Shown: positions 18,109-27,401, counted from the first letter of the stretch. The stretch is 44,314 nucleotides of DNA from Candidatus Altiarchaeota archaeon (GCA_016931955.1 JAFGDV010000043.1:1-44314); one strand, 5' to 3'. The notes: generated by a model not told the origin, from the letters alone. Program-made: numbers and translations.

Positions 18109-19289
18109 AGATGATAGACGTAGCCTTAAAGAACGTATTCCGGCAGAGGGTGAGAAGCGGCCTCACCATACTGGGGATAGCGATAGGTATAGGCTTGATC
18201 CTGGCATTAGGCGCCATCGGCGAAGGACTGAACAAACAGATCAGGGAATCATTCGGCGACATAGCAGGAGTCATAGACGTCAGAGCCGATTTTGAAAACG
18301 ATGAAGGCATCAGCGACGACGTGATCGAAGGAATAAAGAAGATCGATGGTGTGACCAGCGTCGTACCTGTCGGAGAATACCAGATCAGAAGAGGAAGCCG
18401 AGGAATGGGCGGCATGATGTTCAGGTTCGGGGGAGTTGGGGGAGCATCTATGACCTTCACCGGCATATTCCCAGAAGACCAGGACTACCTCATAGGGGAG
18501 CATATCATAGCGGAGGAAGGCAGGAAGCTCGACGAATCAGATGATAGAGAATACGTTGTTGTCTTAGGTAGCACTACTGCAGAAAACCAGTACCTCAACC
18601 TAGGGGATGAGATCGAGTATGAGAGGAGAGAGGATGGAGAAGACGAAGAAATAGAGAGCTACTACTTTGAGGTGATAGGTATCCTGGAAGAAACCGGAGA
18701 CAGCAGCATAGACGAAGCCGCTTTTGTACTATTAAGGACGATGCAGGAACTCGAAGACGACGAAACAATAACCAGCCTTAAGGTCAGGATCAGCGACGTC
18801 GAATTGGTCGAGACCATCACGGAAGACATAAATTACTACTCCGATGAAGTGATGGCGTCCTCACCTCTGTCGATGGTCAGGAACATGGAGTCGACGCTTT
18901 CGACGCTGCAGATGGCAGTCTACGGGATCGCTGCAATATCCCTCCTAGTCGGCGGCATCGGGGTCATGAACACGATGATCATGTCGGTTATGGAGCGCAG
19001 ACGAGAGATAGGGGTGATGAAAGCCATCGGGGCGACAACGACGACCATACTTATTCAGGTACTTGAGGAGTCAGCTTTTCTGAGCGGAATAGGCGGATTA
19101 ACAGGTCTTATGCTCGGCTACGCCTCAACAGGGATCATAACACAGTACACGACCTTTACAACTATACTGACGCCGGAACTCATCTCCTTAGGCCTGGGGT
19201 TTTCAGTGATACTTGGCATGGGTGCTGGATTATATCCCGCATGGAGTGCTTCCCAATTGGATCCAATAGAGGTGCTGCGATATGAATAA
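18105..19289 (+). CDS. MacB/FtsX-family ABC permease
   Basis: RSGLTILGIAIG, ISLLVGGIGVMNTMIMSVMERRREIGVMKAIGA, YPAWSASQLDPIEVLRYE. Confidence 0.93.
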   Translation: MKMIDVALKNVFRQRVRSGLTILGIAIGIGLILALGAIGEGLNKQIRESFGDIAGVIDVRADFENDEGISDDVIEGIKKIDGVTSVVPVGEYQIRRGSRGMGGMMFRFGGVGGASMTFTGIFPEDQDYLIGEHIIAEEGRKLDESDDREYVVVLGSTTAENQYLNLGDEIEYERREDGEDEEIESYYFEVIGILEETGDSSIDEAAFVLLRTMQELEDDETITSLKVRISDVELVETITEDINYYSDEVMASSPLSMVRNMESTLSTLQMAVYGIAAISLLVGGIGVMNTMIMSVMERRREIGVMKAIGATTTTILIQVLEESAFLSGIGGLTGLMLGYASTGIITQYTTFTTILTPELISLGLGFSVILGMGAGLYPAWSASQLDPIEVLRYE

Positions 19290-19959
19290 TGGAGAAATAG
19301 TCTGCACGGGCCTGGTTAAGACCTACAATGTGGGACAACCTAATGAATTCAAGGCACTTAGGGGCTTGGACTTAACACTATCCGAAGGCGAATGTGCAAG
19401 CATCATCGGGCCCTCAGGTTCTGGGAAATCAACGCTCCTGAACTTGATGAGCTGCCTTGACACGCCAACAGAAGGCGAAGTCTACATAGAGGGTATTGAC
19501 ATCAATTCATTGAACGGCTTCGAGAAGGCCCGGCTTAGAAGAGAGAAACTGGGATTCATCTTCCAGCAGTTCAACCTCATAAGGGGGATGACATCCTATG
19601 AGAACATCGAGCTACCCATGAGATTCAAGGGTCTGCCCCCCAAGGAGAGGAAGAAGCGAGTCACCGAATTATTAGATCTCTTCGGCTTGGAGGGAAAGGA
19701 AAGAAACAAACCCACCGAATTATCTGGAGGAGAACAACAGAGGGTCGCGATCGCAAGGGCACTGGCTAACAACCCAAAGATCATCCTAGCAGATGAACCA
19801 ACCGGAAACCTTGACACAAAAACAGGGGAAAAAATAATGGACCTGCTCCTGAGACTTAACCAAGAGGAAAAGAAAACACTCGTCATCGTAACCCACGATC
19901 AGAGGATAGCACAGCAAACATGCAAGGTGGTAGAGATACAAGACGGCAGAATAAAATAG
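19282..19959 (+). CDS. LolD/MacB-type ABC ATP-binding protein
   Basis: GPSGSGKST, LGFIFQQFNL, LSGGEQQRVAIARAL, ADEPTGNLD, VTHD. Confidence 0.94.
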   Translation: MNNGEIVCTGLVKTYNVGQPNEFKALRGLDLTLSEGECASIIGPSGSGKSTLLNLMSCLDTPTEGEVYIEGIDINSLNGFEKARLRREKLGFIFQQFNLIRGMTSYENIELPMRFKGLPPKERKKRVTELLDLFGLEGKERNKPTELSGGEQQRVAIARALANNPKIILADEPTGNLDTKTGEKIMDLLLRLNQEEKKTLVIVTHDQRIAQQTCKVVEIQDGRIK

Positions 19960-19966
19960 GGACAAA

Positions 19967-21208
19967 TCAACCCGCAGTCGGATCGCTGACCCTCCCCAGG
20001 AACAGGATATTCCCAGAGGACTTCTGCTGGATAATAAAGATGAAGGGGTGATCTGCGTTAAAGATTATCCTCTCCTGTGGTTCTGGCGTGGCACTCAAAG
20101 TCATTATCACCGCCGTAGCCGCAGCAGCCTCCGTGCCCTCCTCATTAACCCCGACGAAGGCCTGATGGATGACGCTGCTTATATAGAGGTCGCGTTTCCC
20201 ATCCATCCCAGAGAAATCCGCCTCATATGAGAATGCAGTCAGCATGCCCATCGCCTTTAAGGTTTCGGCCATAAAATACTTGGTCTCGAACTTGAATCGG
20301 GGCAGATAGAGTTCATCTATCTTCTCCTCCCTGAGGGCCTTCCGCCACGCTGAGAGCTTCTCTGCGGAGAGAGACTCCTCCAAGGAAGTTATGTCGTCGT
20401 CTTTAGGTAGGAGTATCAGCATCGACAGTTCACCGCCGGAATAAGGCAATTCCAGGATCTGCGCATCAGCAGTTTCAGTGTAGTTGAAGTCTTCCATGAA
20501 CATGGACATCATATCAACTTTGACTGTTTTCTCTCCACCCACCCTAAAGTCGCGTTCCTCAGTCAGCGATTCATTAAACTGCTTAACCCAGGTGCCTTTA
20601 AAGTATATCGCATTGGTGAGGACCAGACGCGTCAAAGGAGTGATAGCTCCAGACGGGATCAGATCCTTTATCTTGTCGTTCGTGTGCTCTTCAACCCAAC
20701 TATTTATTGTCATGCGAGACTTCTCTGTTTCCAAGACAAAGTCCAAGTTCGTCGCTTTTCCACTATAGTATTCTTCTACGACTTTGAAGTATTCTGGAAG
20801 GAACACAAAGTCTCTCTGCGCCCACAAGGCGTTCGCAGTGCTCAGTGCATACGCCTTTCCTTCTCTGTTGATCTCTGCGTTGGCTGCGGAGAAACCTTGC
20901 CTGCGCCCAGAATCATTCTCCGGGAAATGGAAGACTGCCTGGATCTCCTCCGCCGTCTCTCCTCGAGCACCCTCATAGGTCATAGCCAGAGCAGATGAGA
21001 TACTATAAGGCGAAAAAAAGACGTTACCTTCCTGCGACTTATATTCTGAGTAGAGTTCGAAGGCGAACCGGTTGTTGGCTTCCACGACGCCGGATGCGGA
21101 GCTAGATGTTGTATTATCCCTATTTTCCTGCGTATCGATGCAGCCGCATAGGAAGACATCCAATACGAGCGCTGCAATAGTCAATGAGATCATAATCTTC
21201 AAATCCAT
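19967..21208 (-). CDS. Serpin, lipoprotein-anchored, with inhibitory-type hinge
   Basis: NVFFSPYSI, INSWVEEHTNDKI, NAIYFKGTW, EEGTEAAAATAV hinge, FNADHPFIF; LCGC lipobox. Confidence 0.95.
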   Translation of the reverse strand: MDLKIMISLTIAALVLDVFLCGCIDTQENRDNTTSSSASGVVEANNRFAFELYSEYKSQEGNVFFSPYSISSALAMTYEGARGETAEEIQAVFHFPENDSGRRQGFSAANAEINREGKAYALSTANALWAQRDFVFLPEYFKVVEEYYSGKATNLDFVLETEKSRMTINSWVEEHTNDKIKDLIPSGAITPLTRLVLTNAIYFKGTWVKQFNESLTEERDFRVGGEKTVKVDMMSMFMEDFNYTETADAQILELPYSGGELSMLILLPKDDDITSLEESLSAEKLSAWRKALREEKIDELYLPRFKFETKYFMAETLKAMGMLTAFSYEADFSGMDGKRDLYISSVIHQAFVGVNEEGTEAAAATAVIMTLSATPEPQERIIFNADHPFIFIIQQKSSGNILFLGRVSDPTAG

Positions 21209-21278
21209 GTTATGATATTATTCGCCCAATTATAAAGATTTTTCGGTTTATTTCGGCTTAGACCTCAAGATATTATTG

Positions 21279-21770
21279 ATGGAATATGATGATGGGATAC
21301 TGAAGGAATATTACCGCAGATCGTATTTCGCAGTAGACGGGCTCTGGTTCATGAAGGTTGAAGAGGATTCTTCGTTCGAGAAAGCCCTGGAGTTGGACGA
21401 AAAGGTCTGGCGTGTTCTGCCGAAGATACAGGCGAGGAAGGTGAAGGAGCTCCTGGGGATAGATGGAGATTCAGTAAGAGATCTGATAAAGGCGCTGGAG
21501 TTGAAGTGGACGGCTGAAGACTACGGCTTCAAGGTGGTTAAGAGGGGGAAAGATCACGCTGAAATACACCTAAAGAAATGCCCATGGTACGAGCTGATGA
21601 AGAAATCCGGGAGAAAGCATCTGGCTGAGCAGATCGGGGGACTGATATGTACGACCGAATACGGTGCTTGGGCGAAGGAATTCGATCAGAGAATAGAATT
21701 CAAGCTAGAGAATATGCTCTGCCGAGACGATAAACCATGCAGGCTGACATTTAAGTTAGGAGACGAATAA
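21279..21770 (+). CDS. DUF6125-like (V4R/ATC-hydrolase-like) Cys-containing protein
   Basis: AVDGLWF, CPW, IC..EY, C...C pattern; 7 nt upstream of iorA. Confidence 0.65.
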   Translation: MEYDDGILKEYYRRSYFAVDGLWFMKVEEDSSFEKALELDEKVWRVLPKIQARKVKELLGIDGDSVRDLIKALELKWTAEDYGFKVVKRGKDHAEIHLKKCPWYELMKKSGRKHLAEQIGGLICTTEYGAWAKEFDQRIEFKLENMLCRDDKPCRLTFKLGDE

Positions 21771-21777
21771 GATAACG

Positions 21778-23340
21778 ATGACTGAAAGAAGACTGCTGTC
21801 TGGGAATGAGGCGATAGCAAGAGGCGCTATAGATGCGGGAATTTCGATCGCGACATCCTATCCTGGAACGCCTTCAACAGAGATCCTGGAATACATAGCA
21901 GCAAACGCTGACGGAATACACGCTGAGTGGTCGGTTAACGAGAAGGTGGCGCTGGAGACAGCCATCGGAGCATCATATTCAGGAGTTAGGGCAATATGCT
22001 CGATGAAGCACGTTGGGGTGAATGTGGCAGCAGACCCCCTGATGACCCTAGCATACACTGGAGTCAAAGGCGGTTTAGTGTTGGTTGCAGCCGATGATCC
22101 AGGAATGCATTCATCACAGAACGAGCAGGACTCACGGCACTACGTGAAGGCGGCGAAGATACTCTGCCTCGAACCATGTGACTCACAGGAGGCCTACGAT
22201 ATGAGCAAGGAGGCCTTCAACATCTCAGAGGAGACCAAGCTGCCCATAATGCTGAGGACGATGACTAGGATATCACATACTAGCTCTCCTGTGAACGTGG
22301 AGAAAGCGGAGAAGAAAAAGAAGCCCTCCTTAGAGATAGATGCCAGAGAATGGGTCATGGTCCCAGCAAATGCGCGTGTAAGACATAAGGTGTTGAATGA
22401 AAAACAGCCCCTTCTGAGGGAGTTGTCTGAAGGATCAAGGTTCAACAAGGTAGTGAAGAAAGGAAACGAAAAAAAAGGCATCATCGCGTTCGGTTCAGCA
22501 TACAACTATGTTGGAGAATTCTACGATGGAAGGTCTGCGCTGCTGAGGGTGTCAACGTATCCGTTCCCTATGAAGATGATCAATGAATTCTTGGAGGATC
22601 TGGAGAAGGTCATTGTCTTAGAGGAAGGAGACCCGCTGCTGGAGGAAGCTGTAAGGTGTCTCCACTCCAACGTGCATGGGAGATTAAACGGAGAAGTACC
22701 CCTGGAGGGAGAGCTCACGCCAGAGATAGCGGCAAAGGTCTTAGGTAAGGGCACTCCAGGAGAGAAAAAACCAGGGATAGATCTGCCTCCAAGGCCGCCG
22801 CGTCTATGCCCAGGATGCCCCCACCAGAGCCTATACAATGCACTGAAGAAGGTGGAGACCTCAATCATCACAGGGGATATTGGATGCTATACTCTAGGGG
22901 TGAGGTTTGGAACACTGCATACTTGTCTGTGCATGGGCGCCGGCATAAGCCAGGCAGCTGGAATATCCCACACAGGAATAGGGAAGGTAGCAGCAGTAAT
23001 AGGAGAGTCAACGTTCCTCCACTCAGGAATAACGGCATTGATGAATGCGGTCTACAATAAGGCGAATATGTTGGTGATAATAATGGACAACAGCGCAGTA
23101 GCTATGACAGGACACCAGCCGACACCTCTAACAGGGGTCACGGCGACAGGGGATATGGGAGGAAAGATCACGCTAGAGGAAATAGTGAAGTCATGTAATG
23201 TCGCCTCCGTGGATGTGGTAGACCCATACAAGGAGGTCGAAGTCGAGAAATTGCTCAGAAAGAGACTGGATGAAAAAGGAGTTAAGGTAGTCATCTCACG
23301 CGGACCATGCATCATCATCAAGAAGAGGATGACGAAATGA
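21778..23340 (+). CDS. iorA: Indolepyruvate:ferredoxin oxidoreductase alpha subunit (short form)
   Basis: SGNEAIARG, YPGTPSTE, NEKVALE, MKHVG, SSQNEQDSR, LCPGCPH, GDIGCY, DNSAVAMTGHQP. Confidence 0.95.
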   Translation: MTERRLLSGNEAIARGAIDAGISIATSYPGTPSTEILEYIAANADGIHAEWSVNEKVALETAIGASYSGVRAICSMKHVGVNVAADPLMTLAYTGVKGGLVLVAADDPGMHSSQNEQDSRHYVKAAKILCLEPCDSQEAYDMSKEAFNISEETKLPIMLRTMTRISHTSSPVNVEKAEKKKKPSLEIDAREWVMVPANARVRHKVLNEKQPLLRELSEGSRFNKVVKKGNEKKGIIAFGSAYNYVGEFYDGRSALLRVSTYPFPMKMINEFLEDLEKVIVLEEGDPLLEEAVRCLHSNVHGRLNGEVPLEGELTPEIAAKVLGKGTPGEKKPGIDLPPRPPRLCPGCPHQSLYNALKKVETSIITGDIGCYTLGVRFGTLHTCLCMGAGISQAAGISHTGIGKVAAVIGESTFLHSGITALMNAVYNKANMLVIIMDNSAVAMTGHQPTPLTGVTATGDMGGKITLEEIVKSCNVASVDVVDPYKEVEVEKLLRKRLDEKGVKVVISRGPCIIIKKRMTK

Positions 23341-23891
23341 AGTACAACATGCTCATAGTCGGAGTGGGCGGGCAGGGAATACTGCTGGTTTCTGAGATAA
23401 TCTCAAAGGCGGCGATGAAAAGCGGGTTTTACGTGAAGAAATCCGAGACCCATGGAATGGCTCAACGCGGGGGCTCAGTTATGACGCACATAAGGTTCGC
23501 TGACGAAGAAGTCCACAGCCCATTGATTCCAAAGGGTTCATTGGATATGCTGCTAGCATTCGAACCACTGGAGGCTCTAAGGTACCTCAGCTACCTCGGA
23601 GAAGACTCCAAACTCATAGTGAACAGCAACCCAGTGAATGTGGAAAACTATCCACCAATCGAGGAAGTCCTCAAAGAGATCAGAAAACAGGAGAACTCAC
23701 TCCTAGTTGATGCGAAAAAGCTTGCAATAGAAGCAGGACACCCGCTTACACAGAACACCGTGATGCTGGGAGCAGCAAGCAAGCGCCTGCCGATAAAGAA
23801 AGAAGTCCTTGAAGAAAATATAAGAAAGGGTGTGAAGCGGGCGCTAGAGGAAAACCTGAAGGCATTCAAGCTAGGATCGGCGAGCACATGA
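23337..23891 (+). CDS. iorB: Indolepyruvate:ferredoxin oxidoreductase beta subunit
   Basis: GVGGQG, ETHGMAQRGGSV, SPLI, EPLEALR; ATGA overlap with iorA. Confidence 0.95.
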   Translation: MKYNMLIVGVGGQGILLVSEIISKAAMKSGFYVKKSETHGMAQRGGSVMTHIRFADEEVHSPLIPKGSLDMLLAFEPLEALRYLSYLGEDSKLIVNSNPVNVENYPPIEEVLKEIRKQENSLLVDAKKLAIEAGHPLTQNTVMLGAASKRLPIKKEVLEENIRKGVKRALEENLKAFKLGSAST

Positions 23892-23893
23892 AC

Positions 23894-24055
23894 CTATTCG
23901 CGCCCGAAACCATTGCACTTCTTGCATTTAATCTTTCCGCTGCCCAAACAATTTTTGCAAGTCTCGATGTCGCCCATGGGCTTGGAATTGTAACCTTTCC
24001 CATCACATTTCTTGCACTTAACCAAACCTAAGCCGTTGCATTTAGGACAAAGCAT
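23894..24055 (-). CDS. 53-aa stand-alone DnaJ-type zinc-finger protein (not in ORF track)
   Basis: Manual translation MLCPKCNGLGLVKCKKCDGKGYNSKPMGDIETCKNCLGSGKIKCKKCNGFGRE*, four CxxCxGxG motifs; AAGGAGGTG RBS; overlaps the stop of the upstream gene. Confidence 0.88.
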   Translation of the reverse strand: MLCPKCNGLGLVKCKKCDGKGYNSKPMGDIETCKNCLGSGKIKCKKCNGFGRE

Positions 24056-25097
24056 CTTTAACACCTCCTTTAGCTCTGTTGAATCCTTTAACAGCGACTG
24101 CTGTATTTTTCAGCAGCTGGAATGCGCTCTCCTGGTCAGGCCAGCCGCCTAGGCCGCAATCCGGTCCCGCATACATTATGCGTTCACCGAAGATTCTATA
24201 CGCTCTATCAAGCCTCCTACTGATCACTTCAGTAGACTCCGACAAGGACACCGCATCAACAGGATTTTTAGGTGAAGATTCCTTCTTCCCCCTATAATCC
24301 GCCACGATGCCGTAGATGTTGGTGCGGGAGACGCCGACACGGAGAAACTTGTCATATGACTCCAGATCCCTTAGATCGATTTCCCCAAGCGCCTTAGGGT
24401 CTTCGGCGGATTCTATGCCAATGACATCAATACCGTCGACCTCATACACTAAGTCTACACTGTTAGGGGAATGTATGTGGATCTGAACATCCAAGTCAAC
24501 GCCACCCACAGCAGTCTCCAGGGCAGATATCAAGTCGTCTCTATCAGCTACTATGTTGGGGTTCAATCCCAGAGAAGGCTCATCGATGCACACCGTCTTG
24601 GTCTTCAGATGCTTTTTATCCAGGATAGAGTTTTCGATAAATCGGGATACTGAATGGGCAAGATTCTGCAAAAGATCGCCTTGGACCTGCAATCCCGCCT
24701 TCGCCAGATAGAGCTCTAAAGGACCAGTAACACAAACGCGCAGCTCCAATGGGGTGCCGCCTTCTTTAAAGTGTTTTCTTGCGACGCCGTCCAAGGCAGA
24801 GACCTCAGGTATTACTGCATATTTTTTCCTTACAACCCAAGGCTCCTCAGGCTCACAGAAATCTTCTATGATTTCGGAAAAGCTGGAGATCATGTCCATC
24901 ACCTGAGGAAAATTAGGCCTCACAATGCCTGAATCGATCTTCTCCCGCATCATCTCGGAGACCACTTCATTAAATTGTTTTTTCCCAGAATCGGATGCTT
25001 CACCTCGGACCATTGCTAAACCAATGCCCTGAAGCCTTTTTTTATCAACATCCGCTGGGAGGGGGAAGCTCCCGATGTCATCTGATAGTATACTCAT
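24042..25097 (-). CDS. Core (folate-independent) methionine synthase, MesC-like
   Basis: Single MetE C-terminal barrel: DDIGSFPLP, TGPLELY, IDEPSLG, Zn ligands HIH / E / GPDCGLG. Confidence 0.8.
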   Translation of the reverse strand: MSILSDDIGSFPLPADVDKKRLQGIGLAMVRGEASDSGKKQFNEVVSEMMREKIDSGIVRPNFPQVMDMISSFSEIIEDFCEPEEPWVVRKKYAVIPEVSALDGVARKHFKEGGTPLELRVCVTGPLELYLAKAGLQVQGDLLQNLAHSVSRFIENSILDKKHLKTKTVCIDEPSLGLNPNIVADRDDLISALETAVGGVDLDVQIHIHSPNSVDLVYEVDGIDVIGIESAEDPKALGEIDLRDLESYDKFLRVGVSRTNIYGIVADYRGKKESSPKNPVDAVSLSESTEVISRRLDRAYRIFGERIMYAGPDCGLGGWPDQESAFQLLKNTAVAVKGFNRAKGGVKDALS

Positions 25098-25185
25098 GTT
25101 GTTTATCTATTGATGTGGTAGGTTAAATCCCATCGTTGGCTATTTTATCCAACAGTATTTATAGAAAAACGCAGAATTATTAAAC

Positions 25186-25719
25186 ATGAAAGGATTCAAT
25201 CCAGGGATCCTGTCAGGCAGCATCCTGGCTATCGCAGGTTTAAGGCTGATGATGGCACCCTACCCCAACATAGAACCCATAATGTTCTTTGTGTTAACAA
25301 CAGCATTAGTCTTCGGTCCACTGGCTGGATTCCTGCTCGGCCTGGGGACGATGATAGTGTCAGACTTCTACATAGGCCTCTTGGGTCCGTGGACATTGTA
25401 TACATCATTCACCTACGGCATGGTTGGGCTGGCGGCTGGATTCATCGGCTTGAAAAAGAAGGAATGGAACCGCACAGGATTAACTTTGTTGGCCTTCGCG
25501 TTGACAGTATTCTATGACATGGTGACGGCGACATTCTGGGCCCTGCAGACCCTACAGCCACTGACGATAGTATACGCACTACAGATTCCATTCACTTTGC
25601 TGCACCTGAGTAACTGCGTTTTCGTCTGCATTTTCGCTCCATACATGATGAAGGCCTTCGAGACTGTGAAGGATTTTTCGATCACAGGCTGCTTTAAGAG
25701 GTTTTGGTCATATGTCTGA
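25186..25719 (+). CDS. ECF transporter S component, CbrT-like (probably cobalamin)
   Basis: About 6 TM, 177 aa, PNIEP, SDFYIG..GPWT motifs. Confidence 0.75.
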   Translation: MKGFNPGILSGSILAIAGLRLMMAPYPNIEPIMFFVLTTALVFGPLAGFLLGLGTMIVSDFYIGLLGPWTLYTSFTYGMVGLAAGFIGLKKKEWNRTGLTLLAFALTVFYDMVTATFWALQTLQPLTIVYALQIPFTLLHLSNCVFVCIFAPYMMKAFETVKDFSITGCFKRFWSYV

Positions 25720-25788
25720 TGGTTTTGGTTTTTAAGGTTGATGGGGTAATAATTTAACAGGGTTGGATAAATTATCCAACTTGAGAGG

Positions 25789-26790
25789 ATGGATGGAAAA
25801 ACACTGATAACAGGCGTGGCATTGATACTCTTAATATCAAGCGTCAGCGCGATCAAAGTCGGTGTCATAGTAGAGTACCCAAATGGGGGAATACACAAGG
25901 AATGCATCACTGTGCAAGCATACGAGAATGGATACCAGGTAATGGAAAAAACCAGTCTAAGCCTAGACTGGAGCTTCCATGAACTATGGGGGCACAGCCT
26001 GTGCTCAATCAACGAAGTCGGCTGCCCATCAGAGAACTGCTGGTGCAACCCAGAATACTGGGGCTTCTACATAATGCACACCGGAGAAAACGAATGGACG
26101 TACTCACCAACAGGATTCGACGGAGGCTCATCCTGCGCGGAACACTACTGCGCACATGAAGGAGATTTGATAGGTTTAGCATACGGGGAATGGGGGACAA
26201 AACCTGAGACATTCATATTCAACGAAGTCTGCCCCACCTTATACAAGAGGGTAAGGGATCAGGTATTTAACATATCCATAGAGCCTGATGAGGCATACGC
26301 GACAGAGCCGGTAACGGTAACCGTTCTAGACAAAGACGAAGAACCCATACCAGAGGCCACAGTGGAGGTCTACGCCGGCAGGGCAGGAATATCAAAGCAC
26401 GTCTTTTCTGGGAAAACAGACGAAAACGGAGAAATAACATTCACCCTCCAAGAGGAAGGCGACTACGAAGTCAGAGTCAACGCAGCAGACTACCATCCAC
26501 CGCAAAAGTATGTGAGCCTGAAAGTCATGAGATTATCTACCACAACTACTACGACGACTATGACAACCTCGACAAGCACAACGACTACGACAACAAGAAC
26601 GACCACAAGCACAACAACGACCTCTACAAGCATTACTACAACATCAACTACAACGACGACAAGCACGACCACGACAATACAGAAGCCAGAGATCACCGGG
26701 AAGGCTATATCCAGTAGTGGATACGGCACATTGGTTGTGGCCCTCCTAGTCGTTGTCGCAATCTATGCAATATACGCTAAACAAATTTAA
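25789..26790 (+). CDS. Surface protein: DUF4430/transcobalamin-beta-like domain, Ig-like domain, Thr stalk, TM anchor
   Basis: GHSLCSINEVGC...YWGFY...WTYSPTG...EGDLIGLAYG; GKTDENGEITF; C-terminal TM. Confidence 0.7.
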   Translation: MDGKTLITGVALILLISSVSAIKVGVIVEYPNGGIHKECITVQAYENGYQVMEKTSLSLDWSFHELWGHSLCSINEVGCPSENCWCNPEYWGFYIMHTGENEWTYSPTGFDGGSSCAEHYCAHEGDLIGLAYGEWGTKPETFIFNEVCPTLYKRVRDQVFNISIEPDEAYATEPVTVTVLDKDEEPIPEATVEVYAGRAGISKHVFSGKTDENGEITFTLQEEGDYEVRVNAADYHPPQKYVSLKVMRLSTTTTTTTMTTSTSTTTTTTRTTTSTTTTSTSITTTSTTTTTSTTTTIQKPEITGKAISSSGYGTLVVALLVVVAIYAIYAKQI

Positions 26791-26819
26791 TAGGGCGAAC
26801 CTGCATAGTATATAACATT

Positions 26820-27401
26820 ATGGCCCACAGGATCCCCCTACTTGTGATACTTTTTCTCGTCGCGGCTTCGGCGGATGCTGCCAGGGTGGGCGTCGTCGTC
26901 GAATTCCCCAACGGCGGAGTGTTCATGAAATGCGTTGACGTGGATGGGGGAGAGAACGCTTACAGGGTGATGCAGGAGACCGAGCTACCGATCACTTGGA
27001 CAGAACACGAAAACGGCCACAGCCTGTGCGCAATCCTGGACACCGGCTGCCTGGATACGGGATGCGTGTGCAAGACAAAATACTGGAACTTCTACGTGAA
27101 CCATGGGAGAGGATGGACTCACTCAAGCGTAGGATTAGATGGAGGCCCCTCATGCGAAGAACACTACTGCGCAAGAGACAGAGACATGATAGGCTTCACA
27201 TACGACGCATACGATAAAAAGCCTCCAGGGATAGGATACAGAGAAGTCTGCCCAGAGGAAAAAACTGAAGAGATGGAAGAGCCTGACATCATGGGTAGGG
27301 TCATCTCGTACCCTACGGAGAACGCCGGCTACATCACAGCAATAATCCTGCTGCTCCTCTTGACGGCGTACTTCATCTATAAGCCTTGGAACTATATTTA
27401 G
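26820..27401 (+). CDS. Short paralog of the upstream DUF4430-like surface protein
   Basis: VGVVVEFPNG, GHSLCAIL, YWNFY, DGGPSCEEHYCARDRDMIG align with the upstream gene; signal peptide and C-terminal TM. Confidence 0.75.
   Translation: MAHRIPLLVILFLVAASADAARVGVVVEFPNGGVFMKCVDVDGGENAYRVMQETELPITWTEHENGHSLCAILDTGCLDTGCVCKTKYWNFYVNHGRGWTHSSVGLDGGPSCEEHYCARDRDMIGFTYDAYDKKPPGIGYREVCPEEKTEEMEEPDIMGRVISYPTENAGYITAIILLLLLTAYFIYKPWNYI

Noticed and set aside
25098-25185. Cobalamin riboswitch ahead of the ECF S component
   Set aside because: Only 88 bp, AT-rich, no B12-box or structured leader
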